The translations under genes were made by a program, and so were the position numbers. Under the pieces are notes generated by a model, which ran no database searches, was not told where the DNA came from, and saw only the letters and a list, made by a program, of their open reading frames with translations. Of a DNA stretch of 64,000 nucleotides, positions 11,199-20,713 are shown in pieces. The stretch is from an uncultured Gammaproteobacteria bacterium (GTDB lineage Bacteria > Pseudomonadota > Gammaproteobacteria > JAKDMP01): positions 104,182 to 168,181 of the forward strand of contig CAWJLN010000009.1 in NCBI GenBank assembly GCA_963843735.1, read 5' to 3'. Each line of letters begins with the position of its first letter. The first letter of the stretch is position 1.

Positions 11199-11245
11199 GA
11201 CCACGGCTTTCGCTCCCTGTCCCCGTTGCTGCCGGCAGTTTAACG

Positions 11246-11902
11246 CTAGACGCGATCGACGTTTGCGGCGGCGAGGCGTTCGGGCGTGCCTACGTCGAGC
11301 CAGCGGCCGCGGTAATGCTCGCCGGCAACGCGTCCAGCATGGACGGCGCGCCGCATCATCGGCAGGAGCGGCTTGCGTTGTGCGCCTTCGCCGTCAAAGA
11401 ACTCCGGGCGATAACAACCGATTCCAGCGTAGGTGAGTCGCTCGCCCTCGGTTTCTGAAACACGCAAGCCGGCGAGCGCGAAGTCGCCGCCGTTGTGTTC
11501 GGGATTGTCCACCAGCACGAAGTGGGCGAGATCGTCGTGCGCGAGATGCGGATCGGGAAAGGCGTAATCGCAGAGTACGTCCGTATTCACCACCCAGAAC
11601 GGTTCGTCGCCAAGCAGCGACAGTGCGTTGACGATGCCGCCGCCGGTTTCCAGCGTCGCCGCCCCCTCGTCGGAATAGCGAATCGTGACGCCGAAATCGC
11701 GCCCGTCGCCGAGCGCCTCTCGGATGCACCCGCCCAGCCAGCCGAGATTGACGACGAGTTCCTTGATGCCGGCCGCGCGCAGACGTTCGATCGCATGCAC
11801 CGCGAGCGGCTTGCCGTGCACCTCGATCAACGCCTTGGGTGTCGCATCGGTGAGCGGACGCAGCCGCTCGCCGCGCCCGGCGGCAAGCATCATCGCACGC
11901 AT
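11246..11902 (-). CDS. murU: N-acetylmuramate alpha-1-phosphate uridylyltransferase (nucleotidyltransferase family)
   Basis: MLAAGRGERLRPLTDATPKALIEVHGKPL nucleotidyl-transferase N-terminus. It overlaps the amgK stop and lies in the conserved amgK-murU pair divergent from lptD. Confidence 0.8.
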   Translation of the reverse strand: MRAMMLAAGRGERLRPLTDATPKALIEVHGKPLAVHAIERLRAAGIKELVVNLGWLGGCIREALGDGRDFGVTIRYSDEGAATLETGGGIVNALSLLGDEPFWVVNTDVLCDYAFPDPHLAHDDLAHFVLVDNPEHNGGDFALAGLRVSETEGERLTYAGIGCYRPEFFDGEGAQRKPLLPMMRRAVHAGRVAGEHYRGRWLDVGTPERLAAANVDRV

Positions 11903-12927
11903 CGGGCCGCCGCTTCGTCGAGCGCGGGCATAACGCGCGCGGCGAGGAAATCACCGAAGTCGGCGAACTCGGACTGTGTGTGCGCCGCCTCGACGACGTA
12001 ATTCAGCGTGCGCGGAATATCGCGCAGGTAGTCCGGCTTGCCGTCGCGGTGCCAGAGACGCGCAAAGATGCCGGCAGCCTTGAGATGGCGCTGCATCCCC
12101 ATCGTCTCGAACCAGCCGAAAAACTCGGCCTCGCTTGCCCCTGCGGGAAGTTCTGCCGCGAGCGCGCGTTCGCGCCAGACGCGTACCCATTCGAGCACCC
12201 TTTCGCGCGGCCAGGCGATGTAGCAATCCTTGAGGAGCGAGACGAGATCGTAGCTCACAGGGCCAACAACTGCATCCTGGAAATCGAGAATGCCCGGCAG
12301 CGGCTCGCAGGCCATGAGGTTGCGCGAGTGATAGTCGCGATGCACGGCGACGCGCGGCTGGGCGAGCGCAAGCGCCGTCAGCCGCGCGCGCGTTTGCGCG
12401 ACAAGCTGCACCTCGGTCGCGCTCAGCTCCAACCCGAGATGCCGGTCGAGCAGCCAATCCCCGAACAAAACGGTTTCCGCATCGAGAAGCGCCGCGTCGT
12501 AATCAGGTAACTCCGGCGCACGCCAGGACTGAAGGCGCAGCAGCGCATCGATCGCGGCCGCGTAAAGCGGTGCGGCATCGGCACCGGCCTCGAGACGCAT
12601 GAGATAGGTCTCGCAGCCGAGGTCGGAAAGCAGCGCAAAACCCTCACCAAAATCGCAGGCGAGCACCCGCGGCACCCTGAGTTCAAGCGCGGCAAGCGCG
12701 CGCGCAATGCGCACAAAGCCGGCGAGATTCTCGCGCGCGGGCGGCGCATCCACGGCGATGACGCTCGCGCCGTCCGGCAAGACGATGCGAAAATAACGGC
12801 GAAAGCTCGCATCGCCCGAAGCCGGTACGAGCGCGACGGAGGCGAGCGCCAGCGTGTCCGCCGCCCAGCGGCCGAGTGCATCGAGACGCCGATCCGCGTC
12901 GGTGGCGCTTGCTGCCTTGCTTGTCAT
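11890..12927 (-). CDS. amgK: Anomeric MurNAc/GlcNAc kinase (aminoglycoside phosphotransferase fold)
   Basis: 345-aa APH-family ORF (SFRRYFRI..., HRDYHSRNLM, ILDFQDAV). It shows the conserved synteny of being divergent from lptD and upstream of murU. Confidence 0.75.
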   Translation of the reverse strand: MTSKAASATDADRRLDALGRWAADTLALASVALVPASGDASFRRYFRIVLPDGASVIAVDAPPARENLAGFVRIARALAALELRVPRVLACDFGEGFALLSDLGCETYLMRLEAGADAAPLYAAAIDALLRLQSWRAPELPDYDAALLDAETVLFGDWLLDRHLGLELSATEVQLVAQTRARLTALALAQPRVAVHRDYHSRNLMACEPLPGILDFQDAVVGPVSYDLVSLLKDCYIAWPRERVLEWVRVWRERALAAELPAGASEAEFFGWFETMGMQRHLKAAGIFARLWHRDGKPDYLRDIPRTLNYVVEAAHTQSEFADFGDFLAARVMPALDEAAARCVR

Positions 12928-12972
12928 TGTGCGATCTTACCGTCCTTTGCCGCTCCCGGATCAAGGAAGCCC

Positions 12973-15185
12973 GTGCCCCGAGCTTGCCCTGTCATCGCAT
13001 TCACCCTGCTGCTCGGTTCGGCCGGCGCGATGGCGCAGGCGCCGTCGGTGCGGCCCGGCGAATTCGCCCGGTGTCCAGTCAACCCGATGCTTGCGCCCGT
13101 CCCCGCTACCGCAACCGGCACAGCACCTCGTTCGCTCACGGTGGATGCCGATTATGCCAGCGCCAGCCGGAACGGCATTTCCCGTTACCAGGGTCACGTC
13201 GTGGCGACGCGCGGCAACCAGCGCCTGTGGGCGGACCTGGTCGAGTACGAGCAACAAACCCATATTTTGAACGGCAGCGGACACCTGCGCTACGCCAGTC
13301 CGAAAATGAGCCTCGCCGCGGACCACGCCAGTTACGATTTCCTGACAGATCGCGGCATATTTTACGATAATCGCTACGAGTTACCGGCACGACACGGTCG
13401 CGGCAAGGCCTCGCGCATAGAAACGCATGCCTCCGACAAAACCAAACTCTACGCCATTACCTATACCACCTGCGCGCCCCCCGATCCTGCCTGGCTCCTG
13501 CACGCCAAGCGCGTCGTGCTCGACAACGACCGGGAAACCGGCTACGCCTATAACGCCTGGCTGAGCTTCGAGGGTGTTCCCTTTCTGTGGACACCCTACC
13601 TTTCCTTTCCCCTCACCGATAAACGCAAATCCGGTTTTCTCGCGCCCAGCCTGTCGCAGAACTCGAGTGGCGGCCTGGACCTCGAAACGCCCTATTACTT
13701 CAACCTCGCCCCCAACATGGACATGACCTTCACGCCGCGGCTCATCACCCGCCGCGGCCTCATGTTCATGGACACCTATCGCTGGCTGTTGCCCGGTACG
13801 CGCGGACAGCTTCATCTCGAATACCTGCCCCATGACCGGCGCGCGGATCGCAGCCGCGGCCTGTTCCAGTTCGACGACGGCTCGCAGATCACAAACCATT
13901 GGCGAGTGGACAGCACTATCGAGTACATCTCCGATTCGAACTACCTCGACGATTTCGGCGCCAGCCTGCGCCAGGTTGCGCAGACGTACCAGACGCGGCA
14001 AGTGACCGCGACCTATCAGGTGGCCGCCGGCTCGGCATTTGTGCGGGTGGAGGACGAAGCGCCGCTCGACCCCTCGATCACGCCGCAGGAGCGACCCTAC
14101 CGGAAGCTGCCCGAGATCGGTTTCGACTTCTCCTGGCCGGACTACAGGAACGGACTCACGCCGTCGCTCGCCGAGGATTTCACCCGCTTCGAGGCCCCCG
14201 GGCGTCAGGGCGGGCTGCGCAACGATCTGCGCCCCGATCTGCAGTGGCAGTTGGGCGGTGCAAGCTGGTATCTAACGCCCGCGCTCGCCTACGATCAGGC
14301 CAACTACCGCTTGAACGCCTTTGCGGGCGCCCCGGACGAGAGCATCAACCGCTCGACGCCGATCGCTTCGCTCGATTCAGGTCTGCGCTTCGAGCGCACG
14401 CTCGGCAAGGGCGGCTGGCTCACCCAGACGCTCGAGCCTCGGCTTTTTTACCTCTACGTTCCTTACCGCGACCAGAGCGCGATCCCGATCTTCGACACCT
14501 ACCAGCCGCCGCTCGACATGGAGCGGCTGTTCAGCGACAATCGTTTCGTCGGTCCGGACCGGCTCGGCGACGCCAACCAGTTCTCGCTCGGTATCACCAC
14601 GCGCTTCCTGAACAACGAGAATGGCGAGCAGCTCCTCACCCTGGGCCTCGGTCAGAGCTTCTACCTGCAGGATCGCAAGGTGACGCTGCCGGGCGCGCCC
14701 ATCGAAACCAGCGCGCGCTCTGACTACGTGGGCGAACTCACGGCCAATCTCGGCCATCATCTTTTCACGCGCGTGGTCGGGGATTACAACCCCTACACGC
14801 ACGACTTCGACCAAGGCTATCTGTCCTTTCAGTACCGGCCGGCCCTTATCAGTTGCTCAATCTGGGCTATCTGTACCGGCGCGGAGAGCTGGATCAGACC
14901 GACGTATCCTTCTCCTGGCCGATCGCCGGAGGCTGGAGCGTAGTGGGGCGCTGGAACTATTCGATACACGACCATCAAACCTTGGAGACGATGGCGGGCC
15001 TACAATATGAGTCTTGCTGCTGGCGGCTCAGGTTCGTCGGACGGCGCTTCGTGACCCTGAACGGACAGGGTAATTCCGCCATTTTCCTTGAACTCGAACT
15101 CAAGGGATTCGGCAGCCTTGGTAACCGATTGAGTGATTTTCTGCATGATGACATCTATGGCTATGGTGAGAACAGACATCCTTAG
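12973..15185 (+). CDS. lptD: LPS-assembly outer membrane protein LptD (one frame disruption near 14840)
   Basis: ORF 12973-14943 carries a signal peptide, an OstA N-domain and the barrel. The conserved C-terminus (LLNLGYLYRRGELDQTDVSFSWPIAGGWSVVGRWNYS...GLQYESCCWRLRFVGRR...ELELKGFGS) continues in ORF 14853-15185. The junction falls in the run ccggccggccc. Confidence 0.9.
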
Positions 15186-16560
15186 CGGCTGCGCCCTGCT
15201 GGTCGCGGCCGCCTTTGCCGCACCGGCGCTCGCCACGCCCGCGACCACTCCCGCCGTGCACACCGCGCCCGCGCCGGCGACCGCACCGCCCGGCCAGTTG
15301 CTCGACCAGATCGTGGCCGTGGTGAACGATCAACCGATCCTCGAAAGCGCACTAAACTCGGAAGAAGCGCAGGTCAGTTCCGCATTGCAGGCCCAGGGCA
15401 CGCCGCTGCCCCCGGAAAAAGTATTCCGCCACCAAGTGCTGGAGCACCTGATTACCGAGCAAATACAACTGCAGGCGGCGAAGAACCAGGGCATCCAGGT
15501 CAGCGCCGATCAGGTCAATCAGGCGCTCTCGGCAATCGCCTCGCGCAACGGGATCACGCTCGCGCAACTGCCCCAGGCACTGGCGTCGCAGGGAGAAAAC
15601 TATCTTGCCTTTCGACACAGAATCGAGAGCCAGCTCATCATGCATCAACTGGTGCAGCAGGCGGTGGCCGCGAACATCGAGGTCTCGTCCGCCGAAACCG
15701 CCAATTACCTGAAGCGCGAGGCGAACGCCGCGGGCGGCAATATCGAGTATCAAATCGCGCAAATTCTCGTGGCTTTCCCCGCGAACGCAACGCCGGTCGA
15801 AGTCAAGAAAACACTGGCAAAGACCAACGACATCGAAGCCAAATTGAAGACGGGCGCCGATTTCGCCGCCACCGCGGTCGCCGAGTCGGGCGGGCCACAT
15901 GCCCTGCAGGGAGGCATGATCGGCTGGCTCAAGGCCGCGGATCTGCCGACGCTTTTCGCCGACGTTGTGCCGACCATGAAGGCGGGCGATATCTCCGCAC
16001 CGATCGAAGGCGTGGGCGGATATCACATCGTCAAGCTGGTTGCGACGCGCCAGCCGAAAAGCGAAAACATGCAGACGGAATACCACGTCGAGCACATCAT
16101 GCTCAAGCCCAACCCGGTACGCAATCTCGATCAGTCGAAGGCGCTCGCCGAGAAGCTTCGCGGCGAAATCGAATCCGGCAAGACGAGTTTCGCCGCGGCT
16201 GCCAAAGAATACTCGGACGATCCCAACTCGGCCGGCAACGGCGGGGTACTCGGCTGGCAGACGCTGGATCAAATGCCCAAATCCTTCGCTGCCACGATCC
16301 CGAATCTGAAGCCGAATACCGTCAGTCAACCCGTCCAGACCCAATACGGCTGGCACCTGGTCGAGGTGCTCGGCACCCGCAAGAGCGACGTGACCCAGAG
16401 CGAGCGCGAACACCAGGCCTACCAGGCGATTTTCCAGCGCAAGCTCGCCGACCAGCTCGCCGAATTCAACCGGGTGCTGCGCGATCAGGCCTATGTACAT
16501 ATTTTCGACCCGGCCGATGCCGGCAACGACACGGAAACGAAAGCCGGCAGCGGAAGTTGA
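15133..16560 (+). CDS. surA: Periplasmic chaperone / peptidyl-prolyl isomerase SurA
   Basis: Signal peptide, then IVAVVNDQPILESAL and two parvulin domains (GGMIGWLKAADLP...GGYHIVKL; GGVLGWQTLDQMP...YGWHLVEV). The probable start is the ATG at 15157 or 15163. Confidence 0.9.
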   Translation: MIFCMMTSMAMVRTDILSGCALLVAAAFAAPALATPATTPAVHTAPAPATAPPGQLLDQIVAVVNDQPILESALNSEEAQVSSALQAQGTPLPPEKVFRHQVLEHLITEQIQLQAAKNQGIQVSADQVNQALSAIASRNGITLAQLPQALASQGENYLAFRHRIESQLIMHQLVQQAVAANIEVSSAETANYLKREANAAGGNIEYQIAQILVAFPANATPVEVKKTLAKTNDIEAKLKTGADFAATAVAESGGPHALQGGMIGWLKAADLPTLFADVVPTMKAGDISAPIEGVGGYHIVKLVATRQPKSENMQTEYHVEHIMLKPNPVRNLDQSKALAEKLRGEIESGKTSFAAAAKEYSDDPNSAGNGGVLGWQTLDQMPKSFAATIPNLKPNTVSQPVQTQYGWHLVEVLGTRKSDVTQSEREHQAYQAIFQRKLADQLAEFNRVLRDQAYVHIFDPADAGNDTETKAGSGS

Positions 16561-16579
16561 GCCGACAAAGCGGCGGGGC

Positions 16580-17569
16580 ATGACCATGCGGCTCGCGCTG
16601 TCGGTGGGCGAGCCCGCCGGCATCGGTCCCGATCTCGCAGTGATCGCCGCGCAGCATACGCGGGACTTTGAACTCGTCGCCTTCTGCGATCCCGCATTGC
16701 TCGCCGAACGCGCCGGCACACTCGGCCTGCCCCTCACGATCGCCGAATACGATCCCGCACACGCGCCGATGCCCGGCGCACCCGGCCGACTCGTCGTCGC
16801 GCCCGTGCCGCTTGCGGCGCGCGCGGCACCAGGCCGGCTCGATCCCGTGAACGCACGCTCCGTCCTTGCCGCGCTGGATGCGGCCTGGGCGGCCTGCGCG
16901 CGCGACGAATGCGCGGCGCTGGTTACGGCGCCCATGCACAAAAGCATCATCAACGACGCGGGCATTCCCTTCAGCGGACACACCGAATACCTGGCCGCGC
17001 TCGCCGGCGACGCAATGCCGGTCATGCTGCTCGTCGCGGGAGGACTGCGGGTCGCGCTTGCGACCACCCACCTGCCGCTTGCCGAGGTGCCGCGCGCGAT
17101 CACCCGTGAGCGCCTCACCCGGGTGATTGAAGTACTCGCCGCCGGACTCGCCCGCGATTTCGGCATTGAAAATCCCCGCATCCTCGTGCTCGGACTCAAC
17201 CCGCACGCGGGCGAGGGCGGACATCTGGGCAAGGAAGAACAAATCGTCCTCACGCCCGCGCTCGATGCTCTGCGCGAACGCGGATACGCGCTCGACGGTC
17301 CGATCCCGGCCGATACCGCCTTCGTACCTGCGCGTCTCGCCAAGGCCGACGCGGTGCTTGCCCTGTATCACGATCAGGGTTTGCCGGTGCTCAAATACGC
17401 CGGCTTCGGCCGCGCCGTCAACGTGACGCTGGGACTCCCGATCGTGCGCACTTCAGTGGATCACGGGACGGCGCTCGAACTCTCCGGCAGCGGGCGCGTG
17501 GATCCGGGCAGCCTCGAAGCCGCCCTGAGCCTGGCGGCGGAAATCGCTTCGAGGCGTTCGCGTGACTGA
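16580..17569 (+). CDS. pdxA: 4-hydroxythreonine-4-phosphate dehydrogenase
   Basis: MTMRLALSVGEPAGIGPDL..., FSGHTEYLA, GLNPHAGEGGHLG, YHDQGLPVLK, TSVDHGTA. The ATG at 16580 follows the surA stop at 16560. Confidence 0.9.
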   Translation: MTMRLALSVGEPAGIGPDLAVIAAQHTRDFELVAFCDPALLAERAGTLGLPLTIAEYDPAHAPMPGAPGRLVVAPVPLAARAAPGRLDPVNARSVLAALDAAWAACARDECAALVTAPMHKSIINDAGIPFSGHTEYLAALAGDAMPVMLLVAGGLRVALATTHLPLAEVPRAITRERLTRVIEVLAAGLARDFGIENPRILVLGLNPHAGEGGHLGKEEQIVLTPALDALRERGYALDGPIPADTAFVPARLAKADAVLALYHDQGLPVLKYAGFGRAVNVTLGLPIVRTSVDHGTALELSGSGRVDPGSLEAALSLAAEIASRRSRD

Positions 17570-18347
17570 ACGTGCCAGCAAGCGCTTGGGGCAACATTTT
17601 CTGCACGACCCGGCGGTGATCGCACGCATCGTCGCAGCGATCGCGCCGCGCGAAGGCGAAGACATCGTCGAGATCGGTCCGGGCCGCGGCGCACTCACCC
17701 GTCCGCTTGCGGCGAGCGGCGCACGGCTGATCGTCATCGAACTGGATCACGTGCTGGTCGCCGATCTCGCCACTGACCCCTCACTCCGGGACGTCGAAGT
17801 AATTCACGGCGATGCGCTCAAGGTGAACTACGCGGAACTCGCCGCGGAAAAACCGCTGCGCATCGTCGGCAATCTTCCCTACAACATTTCCTCGCCGCTG
17901 CTGTTCCGTTTCCTCGATGCCTCCGCGCATATAGGCGACCTCACGCTGATGCTCCAGCGCGAAGTGGTCGAACGCATGATCGCCGCGCCGGGAACCCGCG
18001 CCTACGGGCGGCTCACCGTCATGCTCGCCGCGCGCTGCCGCGTGGAAAAACTCTTTACCGTCGGTGGCGGCGCCTTTACCCCGCCGCCGAAAGTCGAATC
18101 CGCCGTCGTGCGTCTCGTTCCTTACGCAAAGCCGCCCTTCGATCCGGGCGATTGGGGACTTTTCGAGCAACTGGTGCGCGCGGGATTCACCGCCCGGCGC
18201 AAAACGCTCAGAAGGGCGCTGGCCGCGTGCGCCGACGCGACTGCAATCGAGGCCGCGGGACTCGACCCCGGCGCCCGCCCCGGCACGCTTGCCGCCGCGG
18301 ATTACGCCCGCCTCGCCCGCCTGATCCATGACAAGCACATCACCTGA
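17562..18347 (+). CDS. rsmA: 16S rRNA (adenine1518/1519-N6)-dimethyltransferase
   Basis: KRLGQHFLHDP, VEIGPGRGALT, GNLPYNISSPLLF. It overlaps the pdxA stop. Confidence 0.9.
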   Translation: MTERASKRLGQHFLHDPAVIARIVAAIAPREGEDIVEIGPGRGALTRPLAASGARLIVIELDHVLVADLATDPSLRDVEVIHGDALKVNYAELAAEKPLRIVGNLPYNISSPLLFRFLDASAHIGDLTLMLQREVVERMIAAPGTRAYGRLTVMLAARCRVEKLFTVGGGAFTPPPKVESAVVRLVPYAKPPFDPGDWGLFEQLVRAGFTARRKTLRRALAACADATAIEAAGLDPGARPGTLAAADYARLARLIHDKHIT

Positions 18348-18443
18348 CTCACACAGCCGTAAACGACCGATTCCGATACCCATCTGTGATTTTTCCTGCG
18401 TCCGTGCGAATCATGGAGTGAACGGCAAGGAATACCTGCGGAC

Positions 18444-18974
18444 ATGACGGGCAAACAACACCAACAACGCTTCACGGAACTGCTGCACGAGCACCGGAAA
18501 ATCATCTTCAAGGTGGCGGCGATCTACGCGCGCGGCGCGGAGGACCGTCACGATCTGGAGCAGGAGATCTGTACCCAGCTATGGCGCTCATTCGGCCGCT
18601 ACGACGAGGCACGCGGCAAGTTCTCCACCTGGATGTACCGCATCGCCCTGAACGTCGCTATCTCGCAGGCACGGCGCAAGCGCCGGTCGGAACCCGATCG
18701 CTTTGAGCCACTGGAAGACCATCACCTGGAAACCATCGGCGGCGAACCGACCGAGGAACCGGACGAACGCCTGCAAACGCTGTACGCCTTCATCGGCCGG
18801 CTCGACACACTCAATCGCGCGCTGATCCTGCTGTATCTGGAAGACAAGAGTTACGCCGAGATTGCCGAGATTCTCGGCATCAGCGAAACCAATGTGGCGA
18901 CCAAACTCAACCGCATCAAACAGAAACTGCGCGGCCGGATGACGGATCCGGACGCCGCCCCTACCGGAGCATGA
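18444..18974 (+). CDS. ECF-type RNA polymerase sigma-70 family factor
   Basis: 176 aa with region 2 (DLEQEICTQLWRSFGRYDE...FSTWMYRIALNV) and a region 4 HTH (SYAEIAEILGISETNVATKLNRIKQKLR). Confidence 0.85.
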   Translation: MTGKQHQQRFTELLHEHRKIIFKVAAIYARGAEDRHDLEQEICTQLWRSFGRYDEARGKFSTWMYRIALNVAISQARRKRRSEPDRFEPLEDHHLETIGGEPTEEPDERLQTLYAFIGRLDTLNRALILLYLEDKSYAEIAEILGISETNVATKLNRIKQKLRGRMTDPDAAPTGA

Positions 18975-19639
18975 ACATGGAACTCGATGATTTCAAACTC
19001 GCTTGGCAGACGCTGGATCGCCGCCTCGAACGGCACAATGCGCTGAATCTGCAACTGCTTCGCGACAGCCGGCTGGAGCGGCTGCGCCGCGGCCTGCGGC
19101 CGCTGAAATGGGGGCAGGCCGTCCAGATTCTGATCGGCATTGCCGGCGCGCTCCTGTTCGCGCCGTTCTGGATCGCCCATCGGCACGAGCCCGCCCTGCT
19201 CGCGTCCGGTCTCGTCATGCATCTGTACTGCCTTGCGCTGATCATTTTCGGCGCCGTAATCGAGGGACAGATCGCGCGCATCAATTACGCCGCTCCCGTG
19301 CTGGAAATACAATGCCGGCTGCTGCGGCTGCGCCGCATCTATACGGTGGGCGGCGCGCTGTTCCTGGGTCTGCCCTGGTGGTTCCTGTACGTGCCGCTGA
19401 TGATCGTGCTCGTCGCCATAGCGAGCGGCGCGAATCTGCTGCACACGGCGCCTTCGTTCGTCTACGGCGGCCTCGCCGTCGGTCTTCTGGGTCTCCTCGC
19501 GAGCGCGGGAATCTACCGCTGGTCGCATCGCCCCGAGCGCGCCCGATTGGGGCGCATGCTCGACGACAGCATGGCGGGCGGCAGCATCCGCCGCGCCCAG
19601 CGCGCGCTCGACGAACTCGCCCGCTTCGAGCAGGAATGA
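18971..19639 (+). CDS. Membrane protein co-transcribed with the ECF sigma (possible anti-sigma / signalling partner)
   Basis: Its ATG overlaps the sigma stop (ATGA). 222 aa with about four hydrophobic helices and no motif I recognise. Confidence 0.5.
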   Translation: MNMELDDFKLAWQTLDRRLERHNALNLQLLRDSRLERLRRGLRPLKWGQAVQILIGIAGALLFAPFWIAHRHEPALLASGLVMHLYCLALIIFGAVIEGQIARINYAAPVLEIQCRLLRLRRIYTVGGALFLGLPWWFLYVPLMIVLVAIASGANLLHTAPSFVYGGLAVGLLGLLASAGIYRWSHRPERARLGRMLDDSMAGGSIRRAQRALDELARFEQE

Positions 19640-19676
19640 CTATCTCATCCCATTCTCTACCGATCAGGAAGAAACC

Positions 19677-20675
19677 ATGAACAAAATCATACGTAGAACG
19701 ATCATAATTGTTGCAACCATGGCCATGCTCTGGATCGTGACCGCCGGAATTCTGGTCGCCCTCCCGGCACCATCATTCACCAAATCGGCTCTGGCACTGC
19801 CGGCGGCACCACCTCCGCCAACCTGCCACAACAGTAAAACCATCGAATGTTTCCGAATGCGCGATGGCGTGCTGTTGAGTGCGCGTCTTTATCCGGGCAG
19901 CACCAAACAGCTTGTATTACTGCTGCACGGTCTTGGCGGCAGCGCAGCGGCGATGGACGATACCGCACGCCGGTTGCAGTCAGCGACGGGTGCCGGGGTG
20001 GTGAGTCTCGATCTGCGCGGCAACGGACAATCGCCGGGGCGCTGGGGCGATCTGGCCTACGTTGGCCAATACGAAGACGACGTAGCGGATGTTGTAGCGA
20101 TCATCCGCAAGAACCACCCCGACCAGCGTCTGATCCTGGCAGGCTATTCGATGGGCGGCGGCATTGCGATGCGCTACGCCGCGAGACACACACTGCCGCC
20201 TGTGGATGGCTATCTGCTCTTCGCGCCACATCTTGGCGACGGTTCGCCAACCGCCCGCAAGACGCCTGTCGATCCGCACGTGGACCCGCCCATAAAACTC
20301 GACATACCGCGCATTCTCGGCTTGCTGATGTTCAACAGAATCGGTTTTACGGGATTGAATCATTTGTGCACAATGTATTTCAACGTAAAAATAGCCGGGC
20401 ACTTCGCCTGTTACCGCTTTAATGCCATGCGCAGCGTGGCTCCGACCGACTACAAAACCGCATTGACGGCCGACACCAAACCGTTACTTATCGTCGCAGG
20501 CAGCAATGACGAAGCCTTCGTTGCCAAACGCTATCCGGATGTCGTGGCCCTACACCACAACGGGCACGCACTAATCATCCCCGGCGCAACCCACGACAGC
20601 ATCCTGCACAGTCCGGCCGCTTTTGCCGCCGTCAAGGGCTGGCTGCAGCGAACTTCACAGATGTTTTCTCGCTAA
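19677..20675 (+). CDS. Membrane-anchored alpha/beta hydrolase
   Basis: N-terminal TM helix, HGLGGS oxyanion-type motif and nucleophile elbow GYSMGGG. Confidence 0.7.
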   Translation: MNKIIRRTIIIVATMAMLWIVTAGILVALPAPSFTKSALALPAAPPPPTCHNSKTIECFRMRDGVLLSARLYPGSTKQLVLLLHGLGGSAAAMDDTARRLQSATGAGVVSLDLRGNGQSPGRWGDLAYVGQYEDDVADVVAIIRKNHPDQRLILAGYSMGGGIAMRYAARHTLPPVDGYLLFAPHLGDGSPTARKTPVDPHVDPPIKLDIPRILGLLMFNRIGFTGLNHLCTMYFNVKIAGHFACYRFNAMRSVAPTDYKTALTADTKPLLIVAGSNDEAFVAKRYPDVVALHHNGHALIIPGATHDSILHSPAAFAAVKGWLQRTSQMFSR

Positions 20676-20713
20676 CGGGCTGCACGGCTTACCGGTGGCT
20701 CAATGCGTCTCCG

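Noticed and set aside
15352-17343. 663-aa minus-strand ORF opposite surA/pdxA. Similar long antisense ORFs occur at 7691-9481, 20789-22633, 47798-49540, 61596-62921, 3380-4615 and 1317-2378.
   Set aside because: All overlap genes with clear family motifs on the other strand or in another frame, and all have low-complexity Arg/Ala/Pro-rich composition. I treated them as GC-driven artefacts.
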